Source of the DNA: Candidatus Omnitrophota bacterium
GTDB taxonomy: Bacteria; Omnitrophota; Gorgyraeia; Zapsychrales; Fredricksoniimonadaceae
NCBI GenBank assembly: GCA_013287965.1
Contig: JABDCU010000004.1
Span: 13,503-77,502, forward strand
Direction of reading: 5' to 3'
Length of the DNA stretch: 64,000 nt
The stretch's first letter is position 1, and each line of letters opens with the position of its first letter. Below, in pieces: positions 23,700-32,892 of the stretch. Below the pieces are notes generated by a model. The model was given only the letters and a program-made list of their open reading frames with translations, was not told the origin of the DNA and ran no database searches. The translations under genes were made by a program, and so were the position numbers.

Positions 23700-24435
23700 A
23701 TGAACGTTCCACGGCTTTTGGGTCCTTGACCCAAGACTGCCCTATCTGGACAGAGAAAGGATCAGGAAAAATGTCCTCATTCCCTGCCTCAATACCTTTG
23801 ATGATATTTTCTGCCGCAATAGCAGCACTGGTTTTATCAAAATTAAAATCACGCGCCATATCTGTATCGATAGGTCCCGGAAAAACCGTATGGACACTGA
23901 TTCTCTTTGCTTTTAATTCCGCTCTAAGGGCTTGAGAAGCAGAAAACACAGCGGCCTTAGAAGCCGAATAACCTGCGGCCTGCGCCATGCTAGCCAAACC
24001 CACTACCGAACTTAAATTGATAATGGCGCCCTGGCCATTTTTTTCGATCACCGGCTCGAAAGCGCGAATCATATTTAATGTGCCAAAATAATTGACCTGC
24101 ATATCGCGCATTAAATCCGGTTCTTTGGCTGTTAAGACAGATCCTGCTGACAGGGACCCGGCATTATTGATAAGGACATTGACATCCTGGGCTTTGGCTG
24201 CGGCTTGTTGAATTTGCCCCATTGATGTGATGTCTAATTCCACGGGAACCACTCTTGGATCATTCCAGACAGGCAACTGATCAAGCTTGCGTGCTGAAGC
24301 ATAAATTTTTCTGACTTTTCTTTTAATTAAAGCATCTACTATCGCTTTGCCGATGCCCCGGTTTGTACCGCTGACAAAAACCACCTGATTATCCAGTTTC
24401 ATATTCCTATCCTTTCTTGTTTTTCTCATCTCCAC
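23686..24435 (-). CDS. short-chain dehydrogenase/reductase
   Basis: Motifs VSGTNRGIG (TGxxxGxG), NNAG and YSASKAA (YxxxK). The likely start is MKLDNQ (24402). Confidence 0.85.
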   Translation of the reverse strand: MEMRKTRKDRNMKLDNQVVFVSGTNRGIGKAIVDALIKRKVRKIYASARKLDQLPVWNDPRVVPVELDITSMGQIQQAAAKAQDVNVLINNAGSLSAGSVLTAKEPDLMRDMQVNYFGTLNMIRAFEPVIEKNGQGAIINLSSVVGLASMAQAAGYSASKAAVFSASQALRAELKAKRISVHTVFPGPIDTDMARDFNFDKTSAAIAAENIIKGIEAGNEDIFPDPFSVQIGQSWVKDPKAVERSFAAM

Positions 24436-24441
24436 TTTTTA

Positions 24442-25038
24442 TTATTTGACCAATCCTTCTTCCCTTAGAGTTTTTTGAACAGAAGGTCTGGCTATATGGC
24501 GCTTAAAATAAGTGTTGATGTTTTTGTAAGCACTTAAATCCACTTGCAGCATAGGACACCAATTTAAAACTGTCACCAGATAGGCATCAGCGGCAGAAAA
24601 GGCATCAGCAAAAACATATTCTCTCGAACCTAATTTTTCATCTACCCATAGTAGGCGCTTGGCCACCTTCTCTTTAATAGCACGAACTACTTCCTGTGGT
24701 CCATCCTTATAACCAAACAAGGAGCCAATACCTTTATGTAGTTCGGTAGAAATAAAAGCTAACCATTCTAAAAACTGATGCTTGTCGCCTTTGAGAGTGC
24801 CATTGGCATCACTAAGGTAAGACAAGATCGCAATATTTTCAGTCAGAGTATAACCATTATCCAACGTCAGAGCTGGCACATACCCTTTAGGATTGATTTT
24901 GTAAAAGTCTTCTCCCTTGGATGTCTTGTGAGTTCTCAGATCAACGGCTTCCGTTGTATGAGGAATATTCCATTCATTCAAAAGAATATGTGATGCCATG
25001 GAACAAGCAGCGGGTGAATAGTAAAGTTTCATAATCAT
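24442..25038 (-). CDS. glutathione S-transferase (bacterial beta-class-like)
   Basis: MKLYYSPAACSMASHILLNE closely resembles the N-terminus of beta-class GSTs. The likely start is 25032. Confidence 0.8.
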   Translation of the reverse strand: MIMKLYYSPAACSMASHILLNEWNIPHTTEAVDLRTHKTSKGEDFYKINPKGYVPALTLDNGYTLTENIAILSYLSDANGTLKGDKHQFLEWLAFISTELHKGIGSLFGYKDGPQEVVRAIKEKVAKRLLWVDEKLGSREYVFADAFSAADAYLVTVLNWCPMLQVDLSAYKNINTYFKRHIARPSVQKTLREEGLVK

Positions 25039-25076
25039 CTCCTTTTTGTTATTCTATTACTCTCTTTTATCTTTTA

Positions 25077-25673
25077 CTAAATAATTTTACAGGCCTCATT
25101 AAAGTCAAGACGCGGAGATCTGGGAAGAAGTTTGCTGGAATCTCCATACCCGATATTGCAGATAAAATTTGATTTCCAGGATGTTCCCTGAAAAAAAACT
25201 TCATCCACTTTTGCATTATCGAAACCTGAGATCGCACCGCAGTCCAGACCAAGAGAACGTGCGGCAATCATAAAATAGGCCCCTTGGAAGCTGCTGTTGC
25301 GAAAAGCTGTTGATTCAATCAACGGCTGATTTCCGACAAACCAGGAACGAACGTCCGCGTGCGGAGCAAGTTTGGGCAGCTTTTCGTAAAACTCCATGTC
25401 CTGCGCAATGATCACGTTCACAGGAGCGGTCTTGGTTTTTTCGATATTGCCAGGGGCCATGCAGGTAAGTAGTTTATCTTTGGCCTCTTTAGACTTCACA
25501 AATACGATTCTTGCTGGACAAGAGTTAGCACTGGTGGGACCCCATTTCATAAGATCATAGATCTGTTGAAGCAGTTCGTCACTCACCGCGTCCGACAGCC
25601 AATCCTTATGGGTGCGGGCTTGTGTAAAAATTGTTTCCAGCGCTTCTTGGGGCAAGGCCCTAGCAATTGTCAT
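25077..25673 (-). CDS. nitroreductase-family protein (RutE/YdjA-like)
   Basis: Contains ...ARTHKDWLSD...WGPTSANSCPARIVFV... in a ~196-aa nitroreductase-fold layout. Confidence 0.7.
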   Translation of the reverse strand: MTIARALPQEALETIFTQARTHKDWLSDAVSDELLQQIYDLMKWGPTSANSCPARIVFVKSKEAKDKLLTCMAPGNIEKTKTAPVNVIIAQDMEFYEKLPKLAPHADVRSWFVGNQPLIESTAFRNSSFQGAYFMIAARSLGLDCGAISGFDNAKVDEVFFQGTSWKSNFICNIGYGDSSKLLPRSPRLDFNEACKII

Positions 25674-26068
25674 GATCTTACTCCCTTATCTTTTTCCAAA
25701 CTTAATGGTCCTGTGCCAAAATGTAGGATCATCAAGGCAGTCCCCAACATCGAGACATTCTTTAAGAACATGATCATCTGTATTTGTTTCATCATAGGAT
25801 CTGTAACCGCCCAGAAATTATGCATCGCAATGGTAACAGGGATCAAAAACATAATAATAAGCACAGCTCCCCAGCGGCTTTTATATCCAAGTAGAATACT
25901 TAATCCACCGACCAGCGCCATAATACCTGATAAAGGTACGAGTACATTGGCCATGGGCACACCCTGGGATGCTGCGTAAGCTATAGTGGGTTGGGAAAAA
26001 TGACCTAACGCTGCAAAGAGAAAAATGAGCGAATAAAAGAACCTACCTGCTAATACGATAAACTGCAT
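25670..26068 (-). CDS. DoxX-family membrane protein
   Basis: 132 aa with four hydrophobic segments and a DoxX-like pattern (LLGYKSRWGAVLIIMFLIPVT). Confidence 0.65.
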   Translation of the reverse strand: MQFIVLAGRFFYSLIFLFAALGHFSQPTIAYAASQGVPMANVLVPLSGIMALVGGLSILLGYKSRWGAVLIIMFLIPVTIAMHNFWAVTDPMMKQIQMIMFLKNVSMLGTALMILHFGTGPLSLEKDKGVRS

Positions 26069-26108
26069 ACTACCTCCTTTGTTAAATGGTTAATAATTTG
26101 ACATTCTT

Positions 26109-27143
26109 TTACTTAAGTGCAGGTGCTACTCGAGCACCAAGAAGTTCAATCGCCTGCATATGTTTCTCATGAGACAATCCGGCAACATCCATTTGAAAGC
26201 TAATACGCGAAATTCCTCCGAGGGCTTTACTGTGTTCAATTATCTTTTCGACTACTTCTTCAGGGTTCCCTACCAGCAGTGCGCCATAACGACTTCGTTG
26301 AACGTCGAAATGGGCACGAGTCACCGGCGGCCATCCACGTTCACGACCGATCTCAGTAAATGAACGGGCATAGCCAGGAAAAAAGTCATCAATGGCTTTC
26401 TGCGTCGTATCTGCAACGTAACCTAGGGCATGAACTCCCACTTTAAGTTGATCAGGCAAGTAACCTGCACGCCTGCCACTTTCCCTGTAAAGATCAACAA
26501 GTGGACGGAATCGTCGTGTTTCACCACCGATAATCGCAATCATCAAAGGAAGCCCAAGTGTGCCGGCACGAACAAAGGATTCAGGTGTCCCACCCACACC
26601 CAGCCAAATCGGCAATGAATTCTGCAAAGGTCTTGGGTAGACACCTTGGCCCTTAAGTTCGGCACGGTGTTTGCCGGACCAGTGAACATGTTCGTTTTTA
26701 CGGATATTAAGAAGCAGGTCAAGTTTTTCTGCAAAAAGCGAATCATAGTCCTCAAGCTGTAGTCCGAACAAAGGGAAAGCCTCGATAAACGAACCGCGTC
26801 CAACGATCATCTCCGCACGTCCTTGGGAAAGAAGATCAAGGGTAGCGAAACTTTGGAACACGCGTACAGGATCTGCTGCACTTAAGACCGTAACAGCACT
26901 CGTCAGACGAATACGACGCGTCCGCGCAGCCGCAGCTGCAAGAATAACTACCGGAGCGGAGTCAATAAATTCCTGACGATGATGTTCGCCGACTCCGAAC
27001 ACATCCAACCCGACTTGCTCTGCATGTTCAATACGTTCAACCAATTGATTCAGGGTATTTGACGCACTGACTTTAGGATCCGAAGATATGGCTGCAAAGC
27101 TATCTACACCGATCTGTAATTTTTCAACTGTGGTATTTTTCAT
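26109..27143 (-). CDS. LLM-class (luciferase-like) flavin-dependent oxidoreductase
   Basis: Motifs GVGEHH, LSQGRAEMIVGRGS and IWLGVGGTPES are typical of the LLM family. Confidence 0.8.
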   Translation of the reverse strand: MKNTTVEKLQIGVDSFAAISSDPKVSASNTLNQLVERIEHAEQVGLDVFGVGEHHRQEFIDSAPVVILAAAAARTRRIRLTSAVTVLSAADPVRVFQSFATLDLLSQGRAEMIVGRGSFIEAFPLFGLQLEDYDSLFAEKLDLLLNIRKNEHVHWSGKHRAELKGQGVYPRPLQNSLPIWLGVGGTPESFVRAGTLGLPLMIAIIGGETRRFRPLVDLYRESGRRAGYLPDQLKVGVHALGYVADTTQKAIDDFFPGYARSFTEIGRERGWPPVTRAHFDVQRSRYGALLVGNPEEVVEKIIEHSKALGGISRISFQMDVAGLSHEKHMQAIELLGARVAPALK

Positions 27144-27157
27144 CTTTACTTCCTTCT

Positions 27158-27177
27158 AATACCAACTGGTTGGTATT
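27158..27177. promoter_or_regulatory. 9-2-9 palindrome AATACCAAC-tg-GTTGGTATT upstream of the LLM gene (probable TetR operator)
   Basis: Perfect inverted repeat 15 nt upstream of the LLM start. A related core, CCAGTTGG, occurs upstream of the TetR gene near 27797..27815. Confidence 0.45.
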
Positions 27178-27200
27178 TATTATGGACAAAAAAACTTACC

Positions 27201-27842
27201 TTACTTTTTTATTAAAGTTTGAAGATACTTTTTAAAATGCTCCAAATTATCAACGATCACCTTATTATTACCTTGGACTTTTGCCAAAATATACGATCCT
27301 TGCAAAACAGCTATAAAATGTTTTGCTAGAGTATGCGGATCAAAATTCCCGCCATACTGCTTTCTAGCATCAGCTAAATCTTGAGCGAAGTCATTGGCCA
27401 TCTTATCAAAATAATTAGCACAGATCTTACGAATTTCTGGATAAGTGTCTGAAAGTTCTTGTCCTAACATCCCTTTGATACAAGCTTTAGTACCACCTGG
27501 CTTTTTAATCATTTCAATAAGCATATCAATGTGCCCAAACACTATTTTATAAGGATCTTTACCAAATAGCTCCTCTTTGATTTTCTGACTTGCAACACAT
27601 TGGCGTGTCAAAAGAGCCTTAGCCAGCTCTTCTTTACTCTCAAAATAATGGAAAAAGCTACCTTTAGTTGTCCCTGCTTTTTCACATATCTCATCAACAC
27701 TGGTGGCGACATAGCCCTTGGCCATCATCAGCTCAAAAGCCGCGTCCAAGAGATTTTCTTTTTTGATTGGTTTTTCTTGTGCTGTTTTCATATACATACC
27801 TACCAGTTGGTCTAATAATACTATGCTGTAGACTTTTGTCAA
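27201..27842 (-). CDS. TetR/AcrR-family transcriptional regulator
   Basis: N-terminal HTH LLDAAFELMMAKGYVATSVDEICEKAGTTKGSFFHYFESKEEL. The likely start is MKTAQEK (27794). Confidence 0.85.
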   Translation of the reverse strand: MTKVYSIVLLDQLVGMYMKTAQEKPIKKENLLDAAFELMMAKGYVATSVDEICEKAGTTKGSFFHYFESKEELAKALLTRQCVASQKIKEELFGKDPYKIVFGHIDMLIEMIKKPGGTKACIKGMLGQELSDTYPEIRKICANYFDKMANDFAQDLADARKQYGGNFDPHTLAKHFIAVLQGSYILAKVQGNNKVIVDNLEHFKKYLQTLIKK

Positions 27843-27863
27843 GAATTTCTTTTCAAACAGGAA

Positions 27864-29510
27864 TTAAAGATGATTGATAGCGCTGACAACAGCCTTGATT
27901 GAAGCGGCGCTGATGTTGGCATCACAGCCCGCGCCGTAAACGATACGACCGTTGGTATTGACTTCAACGAAAGCGATGGCCTGGGCATCAGCCCCTTTGG
28001 TGAGCGCGTGTTCGGCGTAATTGGTCACTGCCACGTGGATCCCTGCAGCCTGAGCAATCCCGCTAATGAACGCATCAACGGGTCCATTCCCTTCCGCTTT
28101 AAATGCAATCGGTCGACCACCGATAATGGCTTCTGCCTCAAGGGACGTCTTGCTGCTTCCGGATACGATCTGATATTTCTTGAGCAAATTGCCATTTAAC
28201 AAATAGGTGCGATCAAAGGCATCATGGATTTCTTTAGGCTGAAGTTCACGGCCTGTCGAATCGCTGATCTTTTGCACAATGCGCCCAAAATCCGGCTGCA
28301 TCCATTTAGGAATCTGGATACTTGCTTCCTTTTCCAAAATATAAGAAACTCCGCCCTTCCCCGATTGGCTGTTAATGCGGATCACACCCTCATAGGTGCG
28401 CCCGATGTCGGAAGGCTCGATCGGAATGTAAGGAACATCCCAATATGCGCGCGGATGATCGGCGTGGTGTTTTAAACCTTTATGAATCGCATCCTGATGC
28501 GAACCCGAAAATGCGGTATAGACCAACTCACCCGCCCATGGATGACGCTGATGAATGTCCATGCCTGTGCATTGCTGATATACCTGTGCGATATGCGGCA
28601 TATTACTGAGATTGAGTTTGCAATCGACACCCTGCGAATAAAGATTGAGCGCCATGGTCAAAAGATCCATGTTCCCGCTGCGTTCGCCATTACCAAACAA
28701 TGCGCCTTCGACCCGCTCTGCCCCTCCCATAACGGCGAGTTCGGCGGCGGCAACGGCACAACCACGATCGTTATGCGTATGCACGCTGATAATGACCGCC
28801 TCACGGGGCTTAATGTGACGACCAAACCATTCGATGCGATCGGCGTAAATATTTGGCGTCGACAATTCAACCGTTGATGGCAGATTGATGATGATCGGTC
28901 GTTCTTTCGTCGGTTGCCAGGTATCGATAACGACCTGAGAGATCTCAAGTGCGTATTCGAGTTCGGTCGCCGTAAAACTTTCAGGGGTATATTCGTAACG
29001 GATTTCCGTGTCGCTCATTTGTGCGGCCAACAATTTGATTAGGCGCGTACCTTCGACAGCAATGGCCTTGATTTCGTCCTTGGTCTTGCCAAAGACGACC
29101 TCGCGCTGCGCGGGGGATGTGGAATTATACATATGCATAACGGCACGCTTGGCACCCTTCAAGGACTCCATTGAACGGATGATCAAATGCTCGCGGGCCT
29201 GGGTCAAGACCTGAATCGTGACGTCATCGGGAATAAGATTATTCTCTATGAGTGTGCGTACAAAATCGAACTCGACTTGGGCGGCAGAAGGAAAACCGAC
29301 TTCAATTTCTTTAAAACCAATCTCAACGAGCAGCTTGAACATGGCGATCTTCTGCTCAATGTTCATAGGGCTACTCAATGCCTGGTTGCCGTCCCGCAAA
29401 TCCACGCTACACCAGATCGGCGCCTGCGTGATGCGGCGGTTCGGCCATTGCCGGTCAGGCAGATCGACCGACGGGTAGGCGTTATATTTCTTGAAGTGTT
29501 GTGGAGACAT
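27864..29510 (-). CDS. leuA: 2-isopropylmalate synthase, long (type 2) form
   Basis: Motifs PDRQWP...WCSVDLRDGNQAL and HTHNDRG, plus a C-terminal regulatory domain. No leuBCD genes lie nearby. Confidence 0.85.
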   Translation of the reverse strand: MSPQHFKKYNAYPSVDLPDRQWPNRRITQAPIWCSVDLRDGNQALSSPMNIEQKIAMFKLLVEIGFKEIEVGFPSAAQVEFDFVRTLIENNLIPDDVTIQVLTQAREHLIIRSMESLKGAKRAVMHMYNSTSPAQREVVFGKTKDEIKAIAVEGTRLIKLLAAQMSDTEIRYEYTPESFTATELEYALEISQVVIDTWQPTKERPIIINLPSTVELSTPNIYADRIEWFGRHIKPREAVIISVHTHNDRGCAVAAAELAVMGGAERVEGALFGNGERSGNMDLLTMALNLYSQGVDCKLNLSNMPHIAQVYQQCTGMDIHQRHPWAGELVYTAFSGSHQDAIHKGLKHHADHPRAYWDVPYIPIEPSDIGRTYEGVIRINSQSGKGGVSYILEKEASIQIPKWMQPDFGRIVQKISDSTGRELQPKEIHDAFDRTYLLNGNLLKKYQIVSGSSKTSLEAEAIIGGRPIAFKAEGNGPVDAFISGIAQAAGIHVAVTNYAEHALTKGADAQAIAFVEVNTNGRIVYGAGCDANISAASIKAVVSAINHL

Positions 29511-29759
29511 GATTCGATAAGTGTACTACGTTTGTTTGTGACCTTCAAGCAATTCCCAGCGCCTTTTAATGTTTTTCATATTTTTATATTGCCCTCTGTT
29601 GAATAGGTGTGTTAAACGTATAATTGCCTAAATTTATTGAAAATAATTTTCAAGAACTAACATTACACATTCATATGTGAAGCTTGAATCTGATAGTTAA
29701 ATTTTGATTTCCTCATACTTACTATGTTTATAAGACTTTTCTTTTTTTACCGTTTTCTG

Positions 29760-30098
29760 TTATTCCCCATACATCATTTTTAGCTGTGATACTTCAGGAT
29801 AGAGCTCCACTGGAAGTCCTATAAATCTATTACCTAATTTCTGGACAATTACGGTTGAATACCCCCCTTTATCGTTGGGAATATTAGCCGCAAAAATATT
29901 TTTACTCACTTGGGTCCGGATTTCAACAGGCACTGACGATACCACAAATGCAGCACCATCAGTTGGCGCCACCTTCACGGCCGGCAATTCAAAGTCCCAT
30001 CCCAATGGACTTACATAGGCCTTAGCCGGTTGTGTTAAAAAGACCATACCTAACAGACCAACAATGGCTATTTTACTAGAATTATTTTTAATAATCAT
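29760..30098 (-). CDS. small secreted hypothetical protein
   Basis: 112-aa ORF with a signal-like N-terminus (IAIVGLLGMVFLTQPAKA). Confidence 0.45.
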   Translation of the reverse strand: MIIKNNSSKIAIVGLLGMVFLTQPAKAYVSPLGWDFELPAVKVAPTDGAAFVVSSVPVEIRTQVSKNIFAANIPNDKGGYSTVIVQKLGNRFIGLPVELYPEVSQLKMMYGE

Positions 30099-30107
30099 AT
30101 GCCCCTC

Positions 30108-30545
30108 CTAATTAAGTTTATTCTCTGATAATTTTGCATCCATGGAACAGATGCCGGCCCCTACGATCAAAAGAAAAATCAAACTCAACAACATAGTGAA
30201 ATCCAAGCGGGATTCATGGACAGCCGGCCAAAATCCTTTTTGGACAAACATGATGAACTTGGTTGACATAATGGCTACTATAATATCGATGATCAACGGT
30301 ATAGTAGCTAATCTCGTGAATAAACCCACTATAAGAAGGGCGCCAAAAACAATTTCCGATACTGCAGAAATATGCAGCATCAGGTGGGGTATGGGTAGGC
30401 CTATCTTTATAAAACGCCCTATCCCCAATGTATCCGGATAAAGATATTTTTGAATACCTTCTACAAAAAAGACATACCCTACAATGACACGAATAAGAAC
30501 TGCTGCCGGTGTTGATGATTGCAAATTTAAGATTTTGTCGATCAT
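30108..30545 (-). CDS. DoxX-family membrane protein
   Basis: 145 aa with four hydrophobic segments and RVIVGYVFFVEGIQK, which is typical of DoxX. Confidence 0.6.
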   Translation of the reverse strand: MIDKILNLQSSTPAAVLIRVIVGYVFFVEGIQKYLYPDTLGIGRFIKIGLPIPHLMLHISAVSEIVFGALLIVGLFTRLATIPLIIDIIVAIMSTKFIMFVQKGFWPAVHESRLDFTMLLSLIFLLIVGAGICSMDAKLSENKLN

Positions 30546-30607
30546 GATGTTTTCTCCTTTTAGATTATAGTTTAACTGCTACTACACTTCTAAGCATACT
30601 GGAGGAT

Positions 30608-30648
30608 AATGACTGGAATATGACCGCAAGATTACATTTTTGTAATCT
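30608..30648. repeat. 41-nt box AATGAC.GGAA.ATGACCGCAAGATTACATTTTTGTAATCT, copy 1
   Basis: 39/41 identical to 34345..34385. Contains the inverted repeat AGATTACA-tttt-TGTAATCT. Confidence 0.8.
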
Positions 30649-30661
30649 ACGCCACAGCCCA

Positions 30662-31831
30662 TTAAATCGCCTCCATTAATGTATTCGTATCATCCTGCAC
30701 ATAATAAAATCCCTTGCCGTCCGGTGTCATCGCTATTCCAAACAAATCTCCGCTACCAGGAGGCGTCTGTGCCGGGTTTTGATCAACCCACTGTGCATCA
30801 ATCTGCTTTCCTGAAATAGGATCAACCTCTACAACCTTACCGTTATTGCCATTACTCACAAGCAGATGCCCTCCAGGAGTCATTACCATGGCCAATGGCC
30901 CCGCTAATTGACCGTCACGAGTGACTTCCCAACCTGTTCCAGCACTATCAGTACGAGTTACAGCATCAGGAATAGCAGTAATAACGTTATCCAGTACATC
31001 GGTCACATAGATCGTGCGATTGGGGCCAAGGGCAAGGCCTGTGGGACCAAACAGAAAACTGTCCTTATCAGCACGTTCTGAAAAACCACTACCGATAACA
31101 GTCTGACTAAGAAGCACAGGAGGCTTACCCTCCGGGATAGATATCTCCATCCTTACGACAGTTGACTTATGAATGATGGGTGGATTACCTGTTTTCGGAT
31201 CAATGATCTTAGGGTCAGACACGCCTAATCCTGCCATGGTAATGAACAAGGTAGCCGTAGAACCACTGTCTATAGAGGCTATATTACCCCATGGGTCATT
31301 AATCGTCGGACTAGACCATGCGGATACTACATGTCCTGTAGTATCGAGCACTATTAAACAACCATCACCCTTGGTAGCAGTAGTTCCATCGGTGCTTGGC
31401 GTGCTGCCGACAATCACCCAACCGCTCTTAAGCATCGTCATGGCGGTCGAAAGACCCACACCACCAGGGCATTGATCCAACTTTTTAGGAAGGTTTGCGA
31501 ACAAGGTCGTCTTCTTGGTTGAAGGTCTATAATCAATGATGGTCGTGCCTGTGCCTTGCAAATTGGATTTATCATTAAAATTATCTACAAGTACGTCTCC
31601 CTTGTTGATATTCCCGGATGTTACAGGTGCTACTATAATGGCATATGGATTTTGGTCACCATTGCCCGGGACCGTTGAGCCCAAGGTGATATGCTTGTGG
31701 ATGGACTTCAAAATTACTTGATGGGCAAAAGCGTTGGCCATAGGCACTACTGCCAAGGAAACTGTAACAAGCAACTTCAAGTGATTCAGTGTTAGGTTCA
31801 TGACTCTCTCCTTTTTATCACTACGATTCAT
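30662..31831 (-). CDS. secreted repeat protein, probable beta-propeller
   Basis: 389 aa with a signal peptide ending VPMANAFA. The body has Gly/Thr/Asp-rich repetitive strand-like segments. No catalytic motif was recognised. Confidence 0.6.
   Translation of the reverse strand: MNRSDKKERVMNLTLNHLKLLVTVSLAVVPMANAFAHQVILKSIHKHITLGSTVPGNGDQNPYAIIVAPVTSGNINKGDVLVDNFNDKSNLQGTGTTIIDYRPSTKKTTLFANLPKKLDQCPGGVGLSTAMTMLKSGWVIVGSTPSTDGTTATKGDGCLIVLDTTGHVVSAWSSPTINDPWGNIASIDSGSTATLFITMAGLGVSDPKIIDPKTGNPPIIHKSTVVRMEISIPEGKPPVLLSQTVIGSGFSERADKDSFLFGPTGLALGPNRTIYVTDVLDNVITAIPDAVTRTDSAGTGWEVTRDGQLAGPLAMVMTPGGHLLVSNGNNGKVVEVDPISGKQIDAQWVDQNPAQTPPGSGDLFGIAMTPDGKGFYYVQDDTNTLMEAI
31725..31813. repeat. 89-nt duplicated 5' region (RBS + signal peptide), copy 1
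   Basis: Aligns by eye with 32135..32223. Both copies cover GGAGAGAGTCATG through the ...VPMANAFA coding sequence. Confidence 0.8.
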
Positions 31832-32211
31832 TATTTCTCCTGCAAGGACAGCAGGTAAGCGGATATCTCCTTTAATTCTTGATCCGTTAGATGACTAAAA
31901 GACGGCATGATGCTGTTTGGATTATCTTTGATGCCATATTTAATACTGTGGATGATATCCTCTACTTTATAACCATGATGATATCCCTTTGTGTCATGAA
32001 AATTAGTAGGATAAGGATCATAAGCTTCGGCATTTTCCCCATCTCCTTTTCCTTTTTCACCATGACACACAGCACAATTATAGGATTGGTACAATTGCTT
32101 GCCTTTCTCAATAGCTATATTGTCTTGCTGGTCTGCAAAAGCGTTGGCCATAGGCACTAAGCTCAAGGAAGCTGTAATAAGCAACTTTAAGGGACTATGT
32201 GTTAAGTTCAT
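31831..32211 (-). CDS. monohaem c-type cytochrome
   Basis: Signal peptide, a single CAVCH haem-binding motif, and a distal Met region (NSIMPSF). Confidence 0.8.
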   Translation of the reverse strand: MNLTHSPLKLLITASLSLVPMANAFADQQDNIAIEKGKQLYQSYNCAVCHGEKGKGDGENAEAYDPYPTNFHDTKGYHHGYKVEDIIHSIKYGIKDNPNSIMPSFSHLTDQELKEISAYLLSLQEK

Positions 32212-32223
32212 GACTCTCTCCTT
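32135..32223. repeat. 89-nt duplicated 5' region (RBS + signal peptide), copy 2
   Basis: See 31725..31813. Confidence 0.8.
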
Positions 32224-32233
32224 CGCAGAAATG

Positions 32234-32830
32234 TTATTGCTTATCCGCTTCTATATTGATTGAAAGAAGTATGTCATTACTGACGAATACCCCGCCCTGA
32301 TCCAGATTCCTGTTCCAGTTAATACCATAATCTTGTCGGTTAATTGTAATCGAACCACTAATCCCTATGGCCTGGCGGTCTCCCATGGTCTTGACCGGTC
32401 CTAAAATGCTTACAGGAATGGTAATATCCTTAGTGACGTCCTTCATGGTCAATTTCCCTGTTATATATCCAGGAGTAAACTTTGTACTGACAAAGGTTAT
32501 ATTTGGATATTGGGCAGCGTTAAAAAAGTCTGGGCTTCTTAAATGATGATCACGTTGCTCAGTGCGGGTATTGATGCTGTTGACATCAATACTCACATTT
32601 GCTTTGGAATTTGTTAAATCCTTAGGGTCATAGGTAATTGTTCCGCTAAATTTCTCAAACTGTCCGGGTACTTTGCTGATCATCATATGTGTGGCCGTAA
32701 AAGCAAAGCTGCTGTGCGCCGGATCAATGACATAGGTGTCTGCTGCAAAAGCAGCTGAAGTCATTAATAATGAAATTGCTATAAACATTACTTGAATAGG
32801 TCGACGCATAAATCCTCCTTTAAAATTCAT
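32234..32830 (-). CDS. YceI-family periplasmic protein
   Basis: Signal peptide followed by YVIDPAHSSFAFTATHMMISKVPGQFEKFSG, the YceI signature. Confidence 0.8.
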   Translation of the reverse strand: MNFKGGFMRRPIQVMFIAISLLMTSAAFAADTYVIDPAHSSFAFTATHMMISKVPGQFEKFSGTITYDPKDLTNSKANVSIDVNSINTRTEQRDHHLRSPDFFNAAQYPNITFVSTKFTPGYITGKLTMKDVTKDITIPVSILGPVKTMGDRQAIGISGSITINRQDYGINWNRNLDQGGVFVSNDILLSINIEADKQ

Positions 32831-32892
32831 GTTTCTCCGTTACTAAAAAGAGTGGTCACAGGCTTGGGCTCTCAAGCCTGTGACCACCACTT

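Noticed and set aside
25067-25267. 66-aa ORF nested at the 3' end of the nitroreductase gene, and similar nested same-strand ORFs (e.g. 15521..15703, 21439..21756, 28658..28948)
   Set aside because: They are out-of-frame overlaps within well-supported genes, with no independent signals.
29511-29759. Leucine leader peptide or attenuator upstream of leuA
   Set aside because: No short Leu-rich ORF and no terminator/antiterminator pair could be recognised by eye in the 250-nt AT-rich spacer.
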